DNA of 64,000 nucleotides, from NCBI RefSeq assembly GCF_009914755.1, contig NC_060932.1; one strand, 5' to 3'. The notes beneath the pieces were generated by a model, which was not told the origin of the DNA, made no database searches, and saw only the letters and a program-made list of their open reading frames with translations. Source of the DNA: the human T2T-CHM13v2.0 reference genome, Homo sapiens. A program made the translations under genes and the position numbers. Position 1 is the stretch's first letter. Each line of letters opens with the position of its first letter. Shown here in pieces: positions 31,947-52,487 of this stretch.

Positions 31947-33341
31947 TCTAAAACAAAGCCTAACACAAAGCAAATGCTTGGTAAGTATGTGTTGAATAAA
32001 TAAATGAAAAGTAAATGTATTACTATGTCTAAAGCATATAGAACAGTGCTTGGCACATAGTAAGTACTCAAGAAATGTTAATTATGTCCATTAAGAGGAA
32101 AGTGTCGTTTTTGTTATTGTTGCTGTGTTGCTATCTACGTCTAGAATAAACCATAGAGACAACTGTTTTGTGGAGTCTTAGGATTTGATGCAAATTTCAC
32201 TTTTTAAAAATATATTTGAATTATTTTAAAAACTGCCATACAAAACTCATAATTAGAAATGTTAACACATTGGATGCCACCAATTCATTAACTTGTGTTG
32301 CCACATTAACTTATTTTTGTGCAGACCTCAGAATACACCATCTTCTGCCATCTCTGTGCACACATTTTAAATGTGTTGCTGATCAGGAGGCTGTAGTTTG
32401 GCACCGGTATTTATTTTTATCCCTGTCTATGCCTGTTGGCTCATGTGAAACTGTTCAAGCAAGTATTCTATGGTAGAGTAGTATCAAACATACATTGATT
32501 TAATCTGCCCATATTCAACTATCCATGCTTGGCCAAAAAATAAAGAGAGAAAATCATAATTTTCATTGAACATGAGCCCCTAATGCAAGCCAATTACTTC
32601 ATCTGGTGCTCAACTAAGGCAACAGCAATCTGTTCTACCCTGGAGGAACAATTGTCCATATTAGACTTAGCGTGAATTTGGGCTACTACACAAAACTAAT
32701 ATATCATATTTTATGGGCGATTTAGAATATTTTTTGTGGGCAATTTTGATCATATATGTTTATAGTCCTTTATTATATATAATCTCAACATCCAAAAGTT
32801 ATTTGAGAACAGCATTTGAAGCAACTCCTTTGATAGCAAATACTGTGAGGTTATTTACGGTCGTTGTTTTCCCTAAAACAATGAGATGTCATGAAACGCT
32901 GCCCCAGACCTCACTGAAGGTGTTAACTAGGAGAAAACACATGCATCTTATTAACTTTATAAAATACGACAATTCTGAGTTTCCAAACACATCTGACCAC
33001 ACAGTTTTAGAAGATGAATTATGGATTGGTAACTGGTTTTTAAATCCCTTTCTGGTTTTCGACCCTTACCCTTGAGTAAGAAGTTACTTAATAATGTTGC
33101 CAAACCACTATTCAGCACCCACTCAAAAAATGCTCCCTACCTGTATCCCTCATGTCAAAAGACTGACAGTGAATAGAAAATATATGTAGCATGTAATAAT
33201 ATATGGAGGTAGTTATAATGCTGAATATAAATTTGGGGTACTTATCTCACTTCATATTTACAATATCAAATAAAATTAGTTGTGATATAATCCGTATAAA
33301 CTAATAAGCATGAAGAATGAATGTACTAAATACTGTGTTAC

Positions 33342-33646
33342 TTTTTTTTGAGACAGAGTCTTAACTCTGTCGCCCAGGCAGGAATGCAGTGGCACGATCT
33401 TTGCTCACTACAACCTCCGCCTCCCAGGTCCAAGTGATTCTCCTGCCTCTGCCTCCTGAGTAGCTGGGACTACAGGTGCACCACCATGCTTGACTAAAAT
33501 TTTTTTCATTTTGGTATTTTTTTTTTAGTAGAGACAGGGTTTTACCATGTTGGTCAGGCTGGTGTTGAACTCCTGGCCTCAAGTGATTGGCCAGCCTCAG
33601 GCTCCCAAAGTGCTGGGATTACAGGCATTAGCCACGGCGCCCAGCC
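33342..33646 (-). mobile_element. AluS
   Basis: TSD GTGTTACTTT. Confidence 0.95.
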
Positions 33647-33862
33647 CTAAGTGTTACTTTTATTATTATTATGATCATCATCATCATTGTCATGCCTGGT
33701 GGTTAATATTTGAAACCAAATATTACTCTTCTTCCATCACACTTCAGCAGTAGTTTATTTAAAAATAATCCTGGGATTATAAGGCAAAGTGTTAAAAGTT
33801 GTCACATGACCAGGCACAGTGTCTCATGCCGGTAATCCCAGCAGTTTAGGAGACCAAAGCAG

Positions 33863-39770
<5,908 letters not shown>

Positions 39771-40398
39771 AAAAGTAACTCTTTGGGAACAAAAAATCCA
39801 GGCAGAGTCCAAAATAGCAAAAATTAGTATAGAGCATAGTCCGATAACATCTAAAGAGCATTTTCAGACAATAAAGTCTAGACAGAGTGGTGAGTCTCAC
39901 ATTAGTTTGGGTACAGGCCCTACACAGAAGCATGAGTTCATCAAAGGCCACCTCATGGGCCTCTGTGTGCCTCGTGGGCCTGCCTTCAATTCTACCACCG
40001 TATTGGTTCTAGAAGAACACAAAATAAATCTGATTTCTGGTAGTTGTTGTTGTTATGGAGAAATATTTATCTTCCTCCTCCAGGGTGACTGCAAGAAATG
40101 CATGTATATGTAAAATGAGTCTTTTTTCACAGAATAAATGGAGCACCTTAATGTCCTCAAATAGCCTTTTTCCTTTGGAAATAATGTACTATTTCCCACA
40201 TGGAAAGAGACATTTTAGTATAACAACAGAAGCATGAAAAGGAATTGAAATAAATTTCTTTTCTGAAAATAAAATAATACACAAACTTAAAGAATGTTGC
40301 TTCTGCTTCTCTTTCACCTCCAGGTCCCAAAATTTTATGAAAACTATGTCTCTTGTAGATCCCATTGTCATCATTTTAATCTGATTCCACTGTGCAAT

Positions 40399-41184
40399 TG
40401 TTATGGATTGAATTGTGTGTCCTCCCCCAAATTCATATATTGAAGTCCCAACACCCAGTGCCTCAGAATGTGACTCAATTTGGAGATAGAGTTTTTAAAG
40501 GGTGTATTAGTGTAGTGTGCATTGCTATAAAGGAATACCTGAGGCTAGGTGATTTATTAAAAAAAGAGGTTTATTTGGCTCACAGTTCTGCAGCAATACA
40601 AGCATAGCAGCAGGGTCTGTGAGCTTCTGGTAAGGCCTTGGGAAACATTTACTCACTGGCAGAAGGCAAAGCGGGGAGTAGGCAAATCATATGGCAAGAG
40701 AGAAAGCAAGAGAAAGGAGAGGGAGACATCTAACTCCTAAATAACCATCTCTCACATGAACGAATAAAGCTAGAACTCACTAATCACTGCAGGGTGAGCA
40801 CCAAGCCATTCATAAGGGATCCATCCCCATGACCCAAACACTCTCCATCAGGCCCCACCTCCAACACTGGGGGTCACATTTCAACATGAGATTTGGAAAG
40901 GACAAACATCCAAACTATATCAAAGTAATTAAGGTTAAATGCAGTCACTAGGGTAGTCCCTAGTCCAATATGACTAGGATCCTAATTAGAAGAGGAGATT
41001 AGGACACAGACATACACAGAGGGAAGACATGTCAAGAGAAGATGGCCAAGGGAGAGACCCTCCGAAAAAAACCAGCTCTGCAGACACCTTGACCTTGGTC
41101 CAGAATCATAAGGAAACAACTTTCTGTTGTTTAAGGCACCTAGTCTGTGGCACTTCATTATGGAAGCCCTAGCAGACTAATACA
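40399..41184 (+). mobile_element. MaLR LTR MLT1B-like, split by MSTA
   Basis: TGTTATGGATTGAATTGTGTGTCCTCCCCCAAATTCATAT ... GCCCTAGCAGACTAATACA. Confidence 0.88.
40503..40922 (-). mobile_element. MSTA-like MaLR solo LTR
   Basis: TGTATTAGT...GCTATAAAGGAATACCTGAGG ... CATCCAAACTATATCA. Confidence 0.88.
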
Positions 41185-41212
41185 GTGACTTTTCCTGGAG
41201 TGTCACTCCAGG

Positions 41213-41376
41213 GAAATACAAGCAGAACTCTGGATTAGGAATCTATAATTTCTGTAAAGAAATTAGACATTTCTTTACAGAAAGAAATGTATAATTTTTT
41301 ACCTTTTTTTACTTACTTTTTTTACAGAAAGTAAGAAATACAAGCAGAACTCTGGATTAGGAATCTATAATTTCTG
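41213..41376. repeat. 42 bp exact direct duplication with 80 bp hairpin-containing filler
   Basis: GAAATACAAGCAGAACTCTGGATTAGGAATCTATAATTTCTG at 41213-41254 and 41335-41376. Confidence 0.95.
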
Positions 41377-41721
41377 GTTTGCTGGGGCCAGGCCAAGGCA
41401 AGAAACTCCAAATGTGCTTGTCCCAAAATGAGCCAGATACAACTCAGCCAAGCAGGACACCAATCTCAGGCTTCAAATCTATTTCAACAGCGCAAGTGCA
41501 GTTGTAGTGTGAGCCTTTCTGTGTGCCTTCTGGGTGGCATTTGTGCCTTGTAGGTGCCCATATTTGAAAATGAACAAAAACAGGTATTTCATTAGATATG
41601 TTTTTCAGCCTGAACAAATTCTATTCCTGAATCCAAAGCAGGCTTTGCTTCTTTGCTTATTTATTGCTACTCCAAGTGCTATAGGAAGCTAGCCTGCACA
41701 ACAGAGTAATTTTAAGAAAGC

Positions 41722-41749
41722 ATATATATATATATATATATATATATAT
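41722..41749. repeat. (AT)n microsatellite
   Basis: Direct reading. Confidence 0.95.
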
Positions 41750-42119
41750 CAACAATAATTTAAGAATCCAAGACAGAAAGAGGAAGAGAAGGACAAGTGA
41801 GAATATTTATGTGCAATGCACACAGATTGAGTATGTTCTGTGTACCAGCCGTTGGGAATGCTACGAGACAGGCAAGAATCTGTCCCATCAAGGAGCACTC
41901 AGCATGGCGCTCCTGCATTCCCTAGGATGTCTCCTATGCAGCATAGTGGTTCACAGCAGGACTTTACAACCACAATGGCCTGGGTTTGCATTCTAGCTTT
42001 ATCATGTATTACTCCTCTTTGTTTGTCAGTTTTTAATCTCTCTGGAGTCTGTTTTCTTACCTGTAAGATGGTAGTTTTATAATTGTTTAGAACGCATTTA
42101 TTAATTATCATCATTCATG

Positions 42120-42365
42120 TTCAGAACAAACTGTTATCATTTGTGTAAGTTTTGGGCATGCCAAAGCACTTTCACGTACATTATTTTTAGTCCTAAAATG
42201 TCTCTGTGAAGTCAAGGGAGAGAATTATTACATCTGTTTCATTCATAAGGAAACTGAGTTTAAAGAAGTTAAATAACTTGACCGTGGTCACACGAAGAGA
42301 GTCTTAGACTCAATTCTGTCTCCTCTAACTCACAATTCCGAGCTCTTTCTCATCAGCACACTGCC
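42120..42365 (-). mobile_element. MIR SINE
   Basis: AAGGAAACTGAG...GAAGTTAAATAACTTGACCGTGGTCACAC. Confidence 0.75.
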
Positions 42366-42855
42366 TTCTCCCTCACTCAACATGATCTGGAGAACTTCTG
42401 ATTGCTCTGGGCAAAGATTTATTTCAAAAATCATCTTCCCTCCTGCAAGTTAACATCAACGACCCATAAACCAGGCAGACTTCAACTATGCCAGACACAT
42501 GCAAGTCTGCTAAATGCCTTTGCTAAGATGACTGATATAAGCAATGATGATCTTCACAAGAAATGCAAACACATCCCCTGGGGCTCCCTGCCTGGAATCC
42601 AGGTCACTTTAAGAACTCATTTAAATACAACTATGCTTTGAAAGGTAACTACTATTGGCATGCACAGAAGCACACTGTCAGAAAGCCGACCACTCCTTAA
42701 GCATTGGCTGCTGAAGGCAAGGGCCACTAACTGGCCTGTTTTTCATCACAGAATTCTCCCAGCATGGGATCTGAGTCATCTTAGGGTTGAGGGCCATTTG
42801 CCTGGGGTGTGCTCTCTGATGCAGAATTGTCTGGGCCTGGGCCTTGGGCTGTAGA

Positions 42856-43468
<613 letters not shown>

Positions 43469-43929
43469 ATTTAAAAGAAAGCCTGTGGAAGAGATTTGGA
43501 GTTGTTGGGGATTTGAAGAAAAAGCCAGAATAAGGTTTGGGAAGATGAGGGCATTCTGTGGCCTCCAGCTACCAACTGGGTTCTTTCAATGGCTCTTCAG
43601 CCACACCCTAAGGCCGCCCTCTTCCTTGCTTGGCACTCACTGCCATGTGACTTCTCCAGCCTGCTCATTGAAGCCTTCTTCCCTGCTGTCTTCTCCAGCC
43701 TCATGGCTCCCCGCTCCTATCCCATCTCATCCCAGGATTCAGTAACACCAAACTGTTTGCAATTTGAAGAACATTCCAAGCTCTCTCATCTTTACAGGCT
43801 TCTGCTGATGTGCTTTCTCTACCTAGAATTCCTGTTCTCATTGTGTCTTTGCCTTGGTGACTCCCATTCATACCTCCAATTATTCAGTTAAATTGCCACA
43901 TTCTCCAGGAAGCTTTCATGTGTCACTCA

Positions 43930-44620
43930 GTGTTCATCCATTCATTTACTTGTTCATTCATTCAGCATTTAACAAATATTCACAAAACAGAGACCTTGGT
44001 ACTTGAGATATCATGGTCAACAGGATAGAAGATTCTGCCCTCCTGCTCATCTAATGGGCAGACAGATAAATAAACAACCAAATATATAATATAATATCAC
44101 TGAAAAAAAAATAAAGCACAGTAAGGGAAAGATCAGATAGCAAAGAAAGGCTTCACTCAAGGGGGAATTTTGAGCAGAAAACTGAATTAAGGTTGGGCAT
44201 GGTGGCTCACACCTAGTTCCTCTCATGTTAAAGTAATCCCAGTACTTTGGGAGGCTGATGCGGGCAGATCACTTGAGGTCAGGAGTTCGAGATCAGCCTG
44301 GCCAACATCATGAAACCCTGTCTCTACTAAAAATACAAATATTAAGCAGGTGTGGTGGCAGGTGCCTGTAATCCCAGTACTCACAGGGCTAAGGCAGGAG
44401 AACCACTGGAACCTGGGAGGCAGAGGCTGCAGTGAGCCCAGATCACACCACTGCACTCCAGCCTGGGTGACAGAGCAAGGCTCCATCTCGAGAAAAAGCA
44501 AAACCAAAAGCAAAAAAAAAACCTAAATTAAGCTTCAGAGCAAGCCATGACTATGTTTGAGGAAGTGTTTCAGACTTAGGGAATGCAGGTACAAAGGCCT
44601 AGAAGCAGGAACAGGGTTGA
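43930..44620 (-). mobile_element. L2 3' fragment containing an Alu (44191-44521, +)
   Basis: (TTCA)n end motif, TTTGAGCAGAAAACTGAA, AAAGGCCTAGAAGCAGGAA; Alu TSD AAA.CT.AATTAA. Confidence 0.75.
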
Positions 44621-45595
44621 CATTCCCAAGTTTCATTTGTTATTCTTCCTACAGGTTCCTGAGCACCCTCTGTATACCTTTATTACACTACATTGTATTT
44701 TTTTCTTTGTTTCTTTTTCTACTTAAGTATGAGCTTTTTGGTAGCATCTAGTAACTAACCAAATGTAGTTCCCTCTACATAATCTAAGTGTGTGAAGAAA
44801 GAAATAAATCAATGATTAAGAAAGTAATTGTCCAAATTAATAAATGAAGGAAGTAATTTCCTTCCGTTTTTGGAAGAAAGACACAGAGAGAGGCCTAGCT
44901 GTCTGTGGACATGTTCGAGCAACAGGAAGACTTTAAGCAACAAACACTAGAGGGAAACTCTGGAAAGAAAAAAAAGAAACACACTTTCCCTAAAACTAAC
45001 GCAGTTGGTATAAGTAAAACCAAAAGAAGAGATGAGCAGATTGGTTAATTCTATGAAAAATATATGCCCCTGTAGGCTGATCCATCCAAACTCATTAGTT
45101 TGAAAAGTAAGTTGCCTTTCAAAATATACTTGTATTAAATCAGTATTTAGAAATTCTCTTGGTTCCTCAAATAGTCTTGTGGAGAGATATTATGCCCATA
45201 AACATGTTTTCAACTGTCTAGGAAATGAGTCCTAGCATATTAGCATTAGAAGGAGAAATAAACTGCTCCAAAATTCTCATCTTATGATATAGATAGAGAG
45301 GCAGAGCAGTTGCTTGCCCAGGATGTGCCCAGGCCTGTTTCCTCTCATGTCAAGGTCTTTGCAACCCATATTACTGCCTTTAGTTTGCTCATTGAATAGG
45401 ATTTCTCATCTTCAATTTTGTGAGAGAACATTTTTTCCAATTATAGGATTGGGATTTATGAAGACAGTTGAAAAGTGTTGGATTCTATTGGCCTTCTCCC
45501 AGACTCCAAGATGTGGGAGGAAATTCTAACACAATCACATCAAATTAAGCGTCAGATGAAAAGAGCTCGCAGGAATCTTAACTCCAAAGACCCAT

Positions 45596-45900
45596 TTCTT
45601 TTTTTTGTTTGTTTGAGACTCGAGTCTCGCTCTGTCACCCAGGCCGGAGTGCAGTGGCGCGATCTCGGCTCACTGCAAGCTCCGCCTCCTGGATTCACGC
45701 CATTCTCCTGCCTCAGCACCCCCGACTAGCTGGGACAACAGGCGCCCGCCACCACGCCCGGCTAATTTTTTTTGTATCTTTAGTAGAGACGGGGTTTGCA
45801 CCGTGTTAGCCAGGATGGTCTCGATCTTCTGACCTCGTGATCCACCCGCCTCAGCCTCCCAAAGTGCTTGGATTACAGGCGTGAGCCACCGCACCCGGCC
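45596..45900 (-). mobile_element. AluY, CpG-rich (young)
   Basis: Many intact CpGs; TSD TCCAAAGACCC. Confidence 0.96.
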
Positions 45901-46189
45901 TCCAAAGACCCTTTTCTATCTTGCTCTGTTTCTCTTTGAATTCCTGCACTTCAAATAAATCTTATTGGGAACTGATTTCAGAAATATCCGTTTTTCTCAG
46001 CACAGTTTATATTGGGAGATGGGAGTTCCCTCCCAGATCATGACAAAGCCTTAAAATGTGCTCAGGGAGGGTAATATGGCTTAAAAAGCTCTTAGCCTTT
46101 TACAATTCTTAACCAGTATTAAAGAGATAGAGTATTGTATGTTTTTATTCATTTAATATTGTATAATAATTTTAGCTTTTTGTTTCAAA

Positions 46190-47095
46190 GATAATACAGA
46201 GAGTTCCCTTATACCCTTCGCCCAGTTTCCCCTGTTGTTTACATCTTACATTACCATGGTATACTTGTCACAGCTAAACAACCAAGATTGCTAATTATTA
46301 TTTATTAAACTCCATACTTTATTTGGATTTCACTAATTTTCCTCCAGTGTCCTTTTATGTTGTTGTTCTTCTAGGATCACATGCAGACAACTACATTGCA
46401 TTTAGCCATCAGGTCTCCTTAGCCTCCTCTAGGCTGTGACAATTTCCTAAAGCTTTGTTTTTGATGACCTTGATAATTTTGAGGGCTACTGGTCAGAGTT
46501 CATATACTGTCTTTCAATTAGGGTTTGTCTCATATCTTTCTCACAGCTAGACTGGAGTTATTCATTGTTTTGGGAGAAGACCACAGAGTTGAAGTGCCAT
46601 TATCATCACATCATATGAAGGGTACAACATGGCCAGGCATGGTGGCTCATGCCTGTAATCCTAGCGCTTTGGGAGGCGGAGATGGGCGGATCACCTGAGG
46701 TCAGGAGTTCGAGACCAGGCCGGCCAACATGGCAAAACCCCATCTCTACTAAAAATAAAAAAATCAGCTGGGTGTGGTGGCGTGTGCCTGTAATCCCAGC
46801 TACTCAGGAGGCTGAGGCAGGAGAATCACTTGAACTCAGGAGGTGAAGGCTGAAGTGAGTTGAGAGTGCATCACTGCATTCCAGCCTAAGCGACAGAGTA
46901 AGACTGCATCTCAAAAAAAAAAAAAAAAAAATGGGTACAACATGCCTTGTCACTCATGATGTTAACTTTGATCACCTGGTTGAGACAGTGTTTGCCAGGT
47001 TTCTCCAGTGGTAAGGTAGTTCTTTTTCCCTTCCTATGCTCAATTCTTTGGAAGTGAGTCACTAAGTAACTAAATAAAGCCTGCACTCAAGCGAT
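46190..47095 (-). mobile_element. L1MC-type 3'UTR interrupted by an Alu (46631-46931, +; TSD GGGTACAACAT)
   Basis: CAGAGAGTTCCC, TTGATGACCTTGA, GTTAACTTTGATCACCTGG, GGAAGTGAGTCACTAAG. Confidence 0.85.
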
Positions 47096-47097
47096 GG

Positions 47098-47331
47098 GGT
47101 ATGCATATGTGTGTATACATGTGTATATACATACATATATATATATATATACACACACACCTGCATGCATGTATATATTTGTATATATATGTGTGTATGT
47201 GTATATACATACATGCATGCATGTATATATTTGTGTATATATATACACATTTGTGCGTACACACGTGTGTGTGTACACACAAATATATACATGCATGCAT
47301 GTATATATATATACACATACACAAACACACA
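47098..47331. repeat. Alternating purine-pyrimidine (TA/CA/TG/CATG) low-complexity tract
   Basis: Direct reading; quasi-palindromic. Confidence 0.95.
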
Positions 47332-47614
47332 ATCCCTGAGTATGAACTGTGCTTAGTGACTCACTTCCAAAGAATTGAGTATGATTATATATGAGTCAGT
47401 GACCTGAAACTGAACTTAAGAGAACTGGACTAAGTCAGAATTGACACATTTTTTAACCATGTCACTTCATTTGCCAATACTCATCACACTATACTTTTCA
47501 GGAGTACAAAGGACATGCAGATTGCAAAATATAACACATTTTTCTTCCCTTTATTTTTTTTCATGCTGCCGTGACTTGCCTCATCTCCACTCATCCGTCA
47601 ATCCATCAAAATTG

Positions 47615-47748
47615 TTTTTCTTTCTTTAATAAAGATGGCATCTTGCTATGTTGCCCAGAGCTGGTTTTGAACTCCTGGGCTTAAGCACTCCTCCCACCTT
47701 AGCCTCCCAAAGTGCTGGGATTACAGGCGTAAGCTACCATGCCCAGCC
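47615..47748 (-). mobile_element. FLAM / Alu left monomer
   Basis: Single reverse monomer only. Confidence 0.85.
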
Positions 47749-47805
47749 AGTATTCAGTTCTGACTACTTCTCCTGAGACCCTTGTTACTTATTTAGGCAG
47801 GGTAG

Positions 47806-48224
<419 letters not shown>

Positions 48225-48697
48225 TAACTTCTTTAAGAAGATGACTATATATTATATATTTTTATCCCTAGGATCTAGAACACAGAAGAAAATTAATAAA
48301 TGCTCATTGAATAGATGATTGAATGAATTTGTGCCTCATGACACTCAAAAAGATCTTATCTTCATTTTAAAAATGGAGAGACTGAGGTTTGAAGGTATTT
48401 GATAACTTTTCTAAAGCCACACAGCTAGAAACAACAAGAGAGCCAGGACTCAGTCCTGGGTTTCCTGACTATGTCCCTCATGTCAATTTAGGTGCTGATA
48501 TTCTAGGAATCTGAAACCACAAGAGTCCATCTGCTAACTACTGATGTGTGAAAATCCCTTAGTAATTACACCTTCTTAGGTATCATGCTGTGTTACTTCT
48601 TTCCCTTGGGTCATTTGCTCCCATTTGTGTGTCAACACCCTGTGTTCTGATTTAATAATGTACTTGGTATTGAAACTTAATTATGAGTCAAAATTCA

Positions 48698-49027
<330 letters not shown>

Positions 49028-49939
49028 CTATGATACAGGGTCTCAAGGGACTCCAAAGGCTTGCCTCTTTAAAGGAAAGTTTGCTTTAGAGTGTTCTTGA
49101 TGTTGGGAGACAAAACGTGATCATCTACATTCTTTGCACTCTCTGCTCCTAATTTTAGAGAAGCAATTGTTAGTTCTAAATTGGATGTAACCGAGGGTCC
49201 TAGTTCATAAGAATTATCAAATTTTGGGCTCTTCCCTTGTTTTATAGAGGATGACACAGAACTTCAGGAAGGTTAATCACCACTGATGGTCACCCATCCC
49301 AATGGGGATGAGTGCCATGTCCTGAATCTCCTCTCAGCATCCTCCAACTGTCTCTCAGCCTCTACTAGAGTTGGCTGAATTCCAGAATACTATGTAAGTA
49401 TATGAATTTGTCAAGGGATATAATGAAATCTTGGAGTTCCTAAAAAAAGAATGAAGGAAATATGGACCATAAATATAGCTCTTCTCTCATCTCTTCTTTG
49501 TCCTCATTTTGCTTCTTACTTTTCCTCCTCTTCCTTCTACTTGAGCAAGTGGGTTACAGTAAGAAAGAAAGATGTGGGCAGAGTTCCAGACCAATTATAA
49601 CATCTAAACTTCACCCATAGCTAAAGAAACATATGCCGGATTTTCTAGACCAGTTCTAATTTCAGGGATTCTGTTCATTCTCCCTTAAGAAATTTTTACA
49701 ATGCTAAATTCAAAATGGGAACCTCACCACTGAAGGAAAAAGTAGATAGTACTTCTGGCTATGCCAGAAAAGGTTCAGCTAAATGGCAACGTAGCTGGAG
49801 TTTTCCTTCTTGGAATTCTGTATTTTTTGTTTCGTTTTGTTTTCTCATTCATAGTCCCAGGCAATCAATCTCACTGTTAACACTCCATGTCCAACAGTAG
49901 TCATAAAACTACTACACTCCCACACTCTGCTTTCTTTTG

Positions 49940-50229
49940 TGTGTGTGTGGTTAAACTCCAAGCTAAGAATGGTTTTTGCATCTTTAAATGGTTGAAGATA
50001 AATAAAAAGAATGATGGTATTTTTGTGACATGTGAAAACTATAATATATATGAAATTCAAATTTCAGTGTTTATAAATAAAAGTTTGGATTTTGTTCAAA
50101 AATTGGTAGAAATTGGTTTTCTCTTTTTTTATGTAAGAACCTATATTGTATCCTCAATTTTGTATTTTGGTCCACAAAGCCTAAAATATTTACTGTCTGG
50201 CTTTTTACATGAAAAGGTTACCTCCCCTG
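49940..50229 (+). mobile_element. MER58-family hAT MITE
   Basis: AGCTAAGAATGGTTTTTGCATCTTTAAATGGTTG...CACAAAGCCTAAAATATTTACTGTCTGGC. Confidence 0.8.
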
Positions 50230-50239
50230 TTACAGAGAC

Positions 50240-50485
50240 AGATTTTAATGTCGTGGTTCAAAGCTCAGATCTTAGAATTGAGCAGTCTTGGGTGGGAAGC
50301 CCAGTGGTAGTACTTAGTAAATGGGTGTCTTTGAACAAGTTTCATACCCCTCACAAGTTTGCTTATCTAAGTGGGGAAATAGTGCACCTGCTTTGTGAGA
50401 ACATTATGAGGATTAAATGGTATAACTCATGTCAGGCCTTACATGTCCCTGACACATAGTAAACAGTAAGTGTGAGCTATTATCC
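50240..50485 (+). mobile_element. MIR SINE
   Basis: TTATGAGGATTAAATG...CCTGACACATAGTAAAC. Confidence 0.7.
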
Positions 50486-50530
50486 GTGCCTGCATTAGCA
50501 CTCCTGTGATCTCTGTCATTATTAATAGAG

Positions 50531-51096
<566 letters not shown>

Positions 51097-51396
51097 GGGG
51101 GGGGGGTTGGAGGGATTACTGGCAAGATGGTCAAATAGAAACAGCCTCAGTCTGCAGCTCCCAGCAAGATAGATGCAGAAGGCTGGTGATTTCTGCATTT
51201 CCAACTGAGCCTCTGCTGGTGATACCCAGGCAAACAGGGTTGGGAGTGGACCTCCAGCAAACTCCAGCAGACCAGCAGCAGAGGGGCCTGACTGTCAGAA
51301 GGAAAACTAACAAACAGAAAGGAATAGCACATCCCCTAAAAGACCCCATCTGAAGGTCACCAACATCAAAGACCAAAGGTAGATAAATCCACAAAG

Positions 51397-52424
51397 ATGG
51401 GGAGAAACCAGCGCAAAAAGGCTGAAAATTCCAAAAACCAGAATGCCTCTTCTCCTCCAAAGGATCACAACACCTCGCCAGCAAGGGAACAAAACTGAAC
51501 GGAGAATGAGTTTGACAAATTGACAGAAGTAGTCTTCAGAAGGTGGGTAATAACAAACTCCTCTGAGCTAAAGCAGCATGTTCTAACCCAAAGCAAGGAA
51601 GCTAAGAACCTTGAAAAAAGTTAGATGAATTGCTAACTAGAATAACCAGTGTAGAGAAGAACATAAATGACCTGATGGAGCTGAAAAACACAGCACGAGA
51701 ACTTCATGAAGCTTACACAAGTTTCAACAGCCAAATCGATCAAGTGGAAAAAAGTATATCAGTGATTGAAGATCAACTTAATGAAATAAAGAGACAAGAC
51801 AAGATTAGAAAAAAAAAAAATAAAAAGGAATAAACAAAGCCTCCAAGAAATATGGAACTATGTGAAAAGACCAAATCTACGTTGGATTTGTGTACCTGAA
51901 AGTGACAGGGAGAATGGAACCAAGTTGGAAAACACTCTTCAGGATATTATCCAGGAGAACTTCCCCAACCTAGCAAGACAGGCCAATATTCAAATTCGGG
52001 AAATACAAAGAACACCACAAAGATACTTCTCGAGAAGAGCAACCCGAAGACACATAATAGTCAGATTCACCAAGGTTGAAATGAAGGAAAAAAATGTTAA
52101 GGGCAGCCAGAGAGAAAGGTCAGGTTACCCACAAAGGGAAGCCCATCAGACTAACAGCAAACCTCTCTGCAGAAACCCTATAAGCCAGAAGAAAGTGGGG
52201 GCCAATATTCAACATTCTTAAAGAAAAGAATTTTCAACCCAGAATCTCATATCCAGCCAAACTAAGCTTCATAAGTGAAGGAGAAACAAAAATCCTTTAC
52301 AGATAAGCAAATGCTGAGAGATTTTGTCACCACCAGGCCCGCCTTACAAGAGCTCCTGAAGGAAGCACTAAATATGGAAAGGAACAACTGGTACCAGCCA
52401 CTGCAAAAACTTACCAAATTGTAA
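51397..52424 (+). pseudogene. L1 ORF1p pseudogene (stops and frameshifts)
   Basis: ATG GGG AGA AAC; fragments NDLMELKNTAREL, KRPNLR..ENTLQDIIQENFPNLARQANIQI. Confidence 0.93.
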
Positions 52425-52487
52425 AGAACATCGACACTATGAAGAAACTGCATCAACTAACAGGCAAAACAACCAGCTAGCATAATA

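Noticed and set aside
32713-33075. 120 aa ORF in AT-rich unique sequence
   Set aside because: No homology I recognise; length is compatible with chance.
41213-41376. CRISPR-like repeat-spacer-repeat
   Set aside because: Only two repeats, an 80 bp low-complexity spacer, eukaryotic context and no cas genes.
44205-44240. 18 bp foreign insert (AGTTCCTCTCATGTTAAA) in an Alu head
   Set aside because: Real but too short to assign a source; treated as an ordinary indel.
47062-47394. Six overlapping Tyr/Ile/His/Cys ORFs
   Set aside because: Stop-free RY microsatellite artefact.
49887-50459. 190 aa ORF
   Set aside because: Runs through MER58 and MIR remnants; no recognisable domain.
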